In this document: positions 60,283-64,000 of the stretch, piece after piece | How positions within the stretch are numbered: position 1 is the stretch's first letter | How the letters are laid out: every line of letters begins with the position of its first letter | Assembly: GCA_018992685.1 (NCBI GenBank) | Contig: JACVGT010000009.1 | Location: 36,247 to 100,246, forward strand | Reading direction: 5' to 3' | Origin: Theionarchaea archaeon | GTDB lineage: Archaea; Methanobacteriota_B; Thermococci; Methanofastidiosales; SZ-28-30 | Length of the DNA stretch: 64,000 bases | The notes under the pieces: generated by a model | What the model was told of the DNA's origin: nothing | Database searches by the model: none | What the model saw: the letters and a program-made list of their open reading frames with translations, nothing else | Made by a program: the position numbers and the translations under genes

Positions 60283-60470
60283 TATGACACCTCAAAGATG
60301 AGATTGATCCTCTATACAGTCCATGCTGTGTCAACAGAGGAGGTGACGTACAAGAGTACGTGAAGATGGCTGAGAAGGTTTACATGGGTGGACACTACAT
60401 TGCTGCACACTGATGGGCACTGAAAGCACTGGAACTTCTACAGGAGATAGATGAGTGTTGTACCCAGTAA
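60283..60470 (+). pseudogene. Remnant of the C-terminal domain of the beta-propeller surface-protein family
   Basis: EIDPLYSPCCVNRGGDVQEYVKMAEKVYMGGHYIAAH*WALKALELLQEIDECCTQ matches the C-terminus of 6800-8074; internal TGA at 60411; upstream 1-bp deletion. Confidence 0.85.
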
Positions 60471-60562
60471 AGGGCTTTTTCTTTCTATTCTGTGTGATGA
60501 AGAATAAGAGGAGTCCTGTTCTGGATGCTGTCATTATTTAAAGTTGGAAGCAAAGTAGTAGT

Positions 60563-61927
60563 ATGGAAGAATATGATGTTGTGGTCATTGGATCCGGGTC
60601 GGGTGCTACCATTGCCAGTAGGGCACTGTCTGAAGGAATGACCGTAGCTCTGGTGGACAGAGGGCCGTTGGGAGGAACGTGCTTGAATGTGGGGTGCATA
60701 CCATCTAAAATGCTCATATATCCTGCAGACGTCGTTGCTGAAATCCAGGAAGCAAAGAGGCTGGGAATTACAGCAGAAGTAACCCATATTGACTTTACCT
60801 CAATCATGGGTAGAATGAGAGACATAGTACGTGAGGATCAGAACCATATGAGAAAAGGGATTGAGGCTGTGAAAACCCTGGGATTCTATGAGAACGAAGC
60901 CCATTTTACAGATGAGTACACACTGAATGTTGGCGGGAAATCCATAAAGGGAAAGAAGATGTTCCTTGTCTCCGGGGCGCGCCCATTGATACCCCCTGTT
61001 GCAGGATTGGACAGGGTGAACTACCTGACCAATGAGAGTGTTCTCGAGCTGACATCGCTCCCAGACAGTATGATAATCATTGGGGGAGGGTACATTGCAG
61101 CTGAGTACGGCCACTTTTTTGCCCCCATGGGGACACGGGTGACCATACTCCAGAGAGGTGATCGTCTCCTTGCCAATGAGGAGCCTGAGATCAGCGATTT
61201 ACTGAAGCAGGAGATGTCCAGGCGAATGCATATTGAAGTGAATACTGAAGCTGTTGACGTACGAAAAGACAAAAACTATACCGTTACCGGTAGAAATGTC
61301 GGGACGGGAGAAGAAACTGAATTCTCTGCTGAGCAGCTGCTGGTGGCAGCAGGGAGAAAATCCAATGCTGATCTCCTGACTGTTGAGAACACAGGAGTGA
61401 AGACAGACCAGAGAGGGTACATCACTGTCAATGAGTATCTGGAAACATCGAAGGAGAATATCTGGGCATTTGGTGATGCTATTGGCAGGGAAATGTTCAG
61501 GCACGTGGCCAATAGAGAGGCAGACATTGCATGGCACAACAGCATGCATGAGGAAAAAATCAAAATGGATTACTCTTCTGTCCCTCACGCTGTTTTCTCT
61601 CATCCACAGATTGCGTCAGTGGGGCTCACTGAAGAACAGGCAAGGAAGACCCATGACATCCTGGTGGGAAAGGCCAGGTATGCTGATGTGGCCAAAGGGA
61701 TGGCTATGATGGAAGATAGAGGATTCGCCAAGGCTATCGTGGAACGGGACACCTGGAAGATACTGGGATTCCATATTGTTGGTCCTTCTGCACCTATTCT
61801 GATTCAGGAAGTCATTGATGCTATGGCAGCAGGTGGCTCCATGGGATTTATCGGTCAGGGTATGCACATTCACCCTGCCCTGCCTGAATTAGTGGTCACT
61901 GCCCTCAGCTCGTTGAGGAAGCCTTGA
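60563..61927 (+). CDS. Dihydrolipoamide dehydrogenase / mycothione reductase-like disulfide oxidoreductase
   Basis: GSGSG, GGTCLNVGCIPSK, GGGYIA.E, HIHPALPE. Confidence 0.92.
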   Translation: MEEYDVVVIGSGSGATIASRALSEGMTVALVDRGPLGGTCLNVGCIPSKMLIYPADVVAEIQEAKRLGITAEVTHIDFTSIMGRMRDIVREDQNHMRKGIEAVKTLGFYENEAHFTDEYTLNVGGKSIKGKKMFLVSGARPLIPPVAGLDRVNYLTNESVLELTSLPDSMIIIGGGYIAAEYGHFFAPMGTRVTILQRGDRLLANEEPEISDLLKQEMSRRMHIEVNTEAVDVRKDKNYTVTGRNVGTGEETEFSAEQLLVAAGRKSNADLLTVENTGVKTDQRGYITVNEYLETSKENIWAFGDAIGREMFRHVANREADIAWHNSMHEEKIKMDYSSVPHAVFSHPQIASVGLTEEQARKTHDILVGKARYADVAKGMAMMEDRGFAKAIVERDTWKILGFHIVGPSAPILIQEVIDAMAAGGSMGFIGQGMHIHPALPELVVTALSSLRKP

Positions 61928-62048
61928 AGGCACAGGGGCAGCGTTCCTGTTTGAAACAAAGGAAGACAGAGTACTGAAATTTCAACAGGGTGGTCTCGAT
62001 TCTGACCTTTTCACCCAGACCGGTCTTCTTTTTTCTTTCACCCCATCC

Positions 62049-63380
62049 TTAGAGAGCAGCATGTTCTACATCCGTGAGAACTGCATCTTTAGCTCTCCTG
62101 TAGGCACAAATATAGGGATCGTAGCAGGTGACCTTCTTTTCAAGGATAAAGGAGCTTGCGATGCACCCAACACACGTGGCGAGATACTTGCATCCTTTAC
62201 ACAGTCTCTCACTTTCCGTGCTCATTTTCCGGAGACTTTCCAGTGTCTTGCCATCCTCCCACAATCTGCCCAAATCTACATCTCTCACATTTCCAACACC
62301 CATTTCTTTGATGCATCCAGGACATGGGAGAATGGTCCCATCTGCATGGATGCAGATGGTAGTTCTGGCAAGGCCACATGTTGATTCTTTTTTCTGGCCT
62401 AGTCTTTGAAAAGCTTCAGGAAACTCCTTCTTCAAATAGGTGAGCTGAATCACAGTTATCTGATAGTACTCCTCCGGGGAGATAGCAAGCCCTTGGACCC
62501 CCCTGCCGGAGAACCTGACTGGAGTGAGCTGGAAATTCGTGAGGCCGTTGTCTTTGAAGAACCGGAGTATATCAATGATAGAGTCTTTGTTCAGCTGATT
62601 TACAGACACGTAAGGCCAAATAGGAAATCCAGCCTCCTTCAACAAGTTGATAGCATCGAGTGTCCTTCTCAGAGCTCCTTTCTTGCTTCTGAACTTATCA
62701 TGAACGTTCTCTTCCACACTGTCAATGCTGACAGAAAACCGCCTGACGTTGAGTTTTCTGAACTGTTCAACATGTTCTTCTGTGATGAGCGTTGCATTGG
62801 TAAAAATATCCACAATCATTGGCGCTTTTCTAGCATGTCCTATGATCGTGAATAGATCGGGGTGACAAAGAGGCTCTCCTCCACTTATCAAGAGCCGATA
62901 CACACCCATGGAGCTCAGTCTGTCAATAGTGGAGAGAATTTCAGCTGTGGTTAGTTCGTGAGGATATGGATTTCCAGAATCGTTTACACAATGCAAACAG
63001 TGGAGGTTACATCTGTTAGTGATTTCAATCTCGGCGGATTCAAGTGGATACTTCAGTTCTATGATTTTCATTCTCGAGCATTCATGGACAGGAGTAGATT
63101 CCAAGGTTATTATCCCTTTTTCTTGAGCTATCTTCAAGATCTCGCACACATCTTTCGCTACTTCCAATAAAGGTTCCCCAGAATGTTTGGAGAGAGAACC
63201 CATGATTTCCGATACAGAATGAACGCCGTTACATAGATCAAGCAAAGAAACAGTGGCAGGATTTGATCCGAATTCCTTCTCTGTAGTAGTATTGCAGATT
63301 TTTATCCGTTCCCCTGAATCAGTTTGTATCCGTGCATAGAAGATGTCCTCTCCAAGGAGAGGGTATTTGTTCTTCATCAT
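62049..63380 (-). CDS. Radical SAM/SPASM peptide maturase with N-terminal PqqD/RRE domain
   Basis: LLDLCNG..SVSEI (RRE), CNLHCLHC, SGGEP, SPASM C...G.ILPC...CKGC....C.GC. Confidence 0.92.
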   Translation of the reverse strand: MMKNKYPLLGEDIFYARIQTDSGERIKICNTTTEKEFGSNPATVSLLDLCNGVHSVSEIMGSLSKHSGEPLLEVAKDVCEILKIAQEKGIITLESTPVHECSRMKIIELKYPLESAEIEITNRCNLHCLHCVNDSGNPYPHELTTAEILSTIDRLSSMGVYRLLISGGEPLCHPDLFTIIGHARKAPMIVDIFTNATLITEEHVEQFRKLNVRRFSVSIDSVEENVHDKFRSKKGALRRTLDAINLLKEAGFPIWPYVSVNQLNKDSIIDILRFFKDNGLTNFQLTPVRFSGRGVQGLAISPEEYYQITVIQLTYLKKEFPEAFQRLGQKKESTCGLARTTICIHADGTILPCPGCIKEMGVGNVRDVDLGRLWEDGKTLESLRKMSTESERLCKGCKYLATCVGCIASSFILEKKVTCYDPYICAYRRAKDAVLTDVEHAAL

Positions 63381-63567
63381 GGAGCAAGTTATAGCTGACT
63401 CTTAAATACTTGCTCATTAACGCAGAACATGGAATTGTGAGAATCAATACGTTTGTCTTCGTTAAAAATTTCATTTTAGTCTGCTAAAAAAAATAATGTA
63501 AGTTAAGCAGCCCGAAAGTTTAAAAACCCTATTATCTCTCCTAGAGAAATGACAGGAGGTGACAACA

Positions 63568-63648
63568 ATGACATTTGAGTTGCTTGAACTCGGGGTTGTG
63601 AAACCACTGGGCTGCGATGACGACATTCCTGGCATCAAATTCATGTGA
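63568..63648 (+). CDS. Candidate RiPP precursor peptide (26 aa)
   Basis: BRE/TATA CCCGAAAGTTTAAA at 63511-63524, AGGAGGTG RBS; MTFELLELGVVKPLGCDDDIPGIKFM; T-rich terminator after. Confidence 0.65.
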   Translation: MTFELLELGVVKPLGCDDDIPGIKFM

Positions 63649-63857
63649 GGACATTGCCTCTCTTCATCACCGACTTTGTTTTATTTTTCCTATTTCTTTA
63701 TTTTCTTTCTGAATACATTGTTTGTATTGAGTAGATCCTGTTGCGCTGTTCACCAAGAGGCGACTTTCTCGTCTTATCCAGTGGGATTCTGCTATTTTAC
63801 AAGGAATGAGAAGTTGAATTCTTCCTCTCTTGTGCCATCCTCCGTTCTCAGTGACAG

Positions 63858-64000
63858 TGTAATAAGTAGGGACATGGGTAACAAAAGTAAGTAGAGACAT
63901 GGGTAACACTTTGGCAGAAGGTGATCCCATTGGACGTGGTAACAGAACGATGGAAATTACTCCAACTGCCAGAGGAAGAACACCTCACAGTGACAGAAGC
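63858..64000 (+). mobile_element. Left end of an IS481-like insertion sequence (truncated by window edge)
   Basis: TGT terminus; 21-bp repeat TAAGTAG(G/A)GACATGGGTAACA at 63863 and 63888; RBS and TTG at 63930 opening MDVVTERWKLLQLPEEEHLTVTE. Confidence 0.6.

Noticed and set aside
60411-60413. In-frame TGA as selenocysteine readthrough
   Set aside because: It aligns to Tyr in the intact paralog, and the fragment also has a frameshift and no start, so decay is the simpler explanation.

Overview
This 64-kb window is archaeal chromosomal DNA, shown by TATA/BRE promoters, GGAGGTG-type RBSs, CDC48, SMC, archaeosine synthase, a KaiC-like ATPase, a PRC-barrel protein and tRNA-Lys. The gene content resembles Theionarchaea/Methanofastidiosia-like Euryarchaeota (inference). 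Most genes are housekeeping or metabolic. Several things are missed by the ORF track. (1) A 4,471-bp transposase-less cargo element (27361-31831) has perfect 33-bp terminal inverted repeats and a 5-bp TATCA target duplication, and it splits the dsrH/tusB gene. (2) Two paralogous ~315-aa tandem-Lrp/AsnC-like regulators each sit stop-to-stop with a tiny peptide gene ending in a Gly-rich tail. This is a candidate archaeal peptide-regulator signalling module, and one copy rides in the mobile element. (3) A PqqD/RRE radical SAM-SPASM gene has a divergent 26-aa Cys-containing candidate RiPP precursor. (4) An IS481-like end lies at the right edge. (5) There is a decayed second copy of the C-terminal domain of a beta-propeller surface protein. 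All calls come from reading motifs by eye; no database searches were run.
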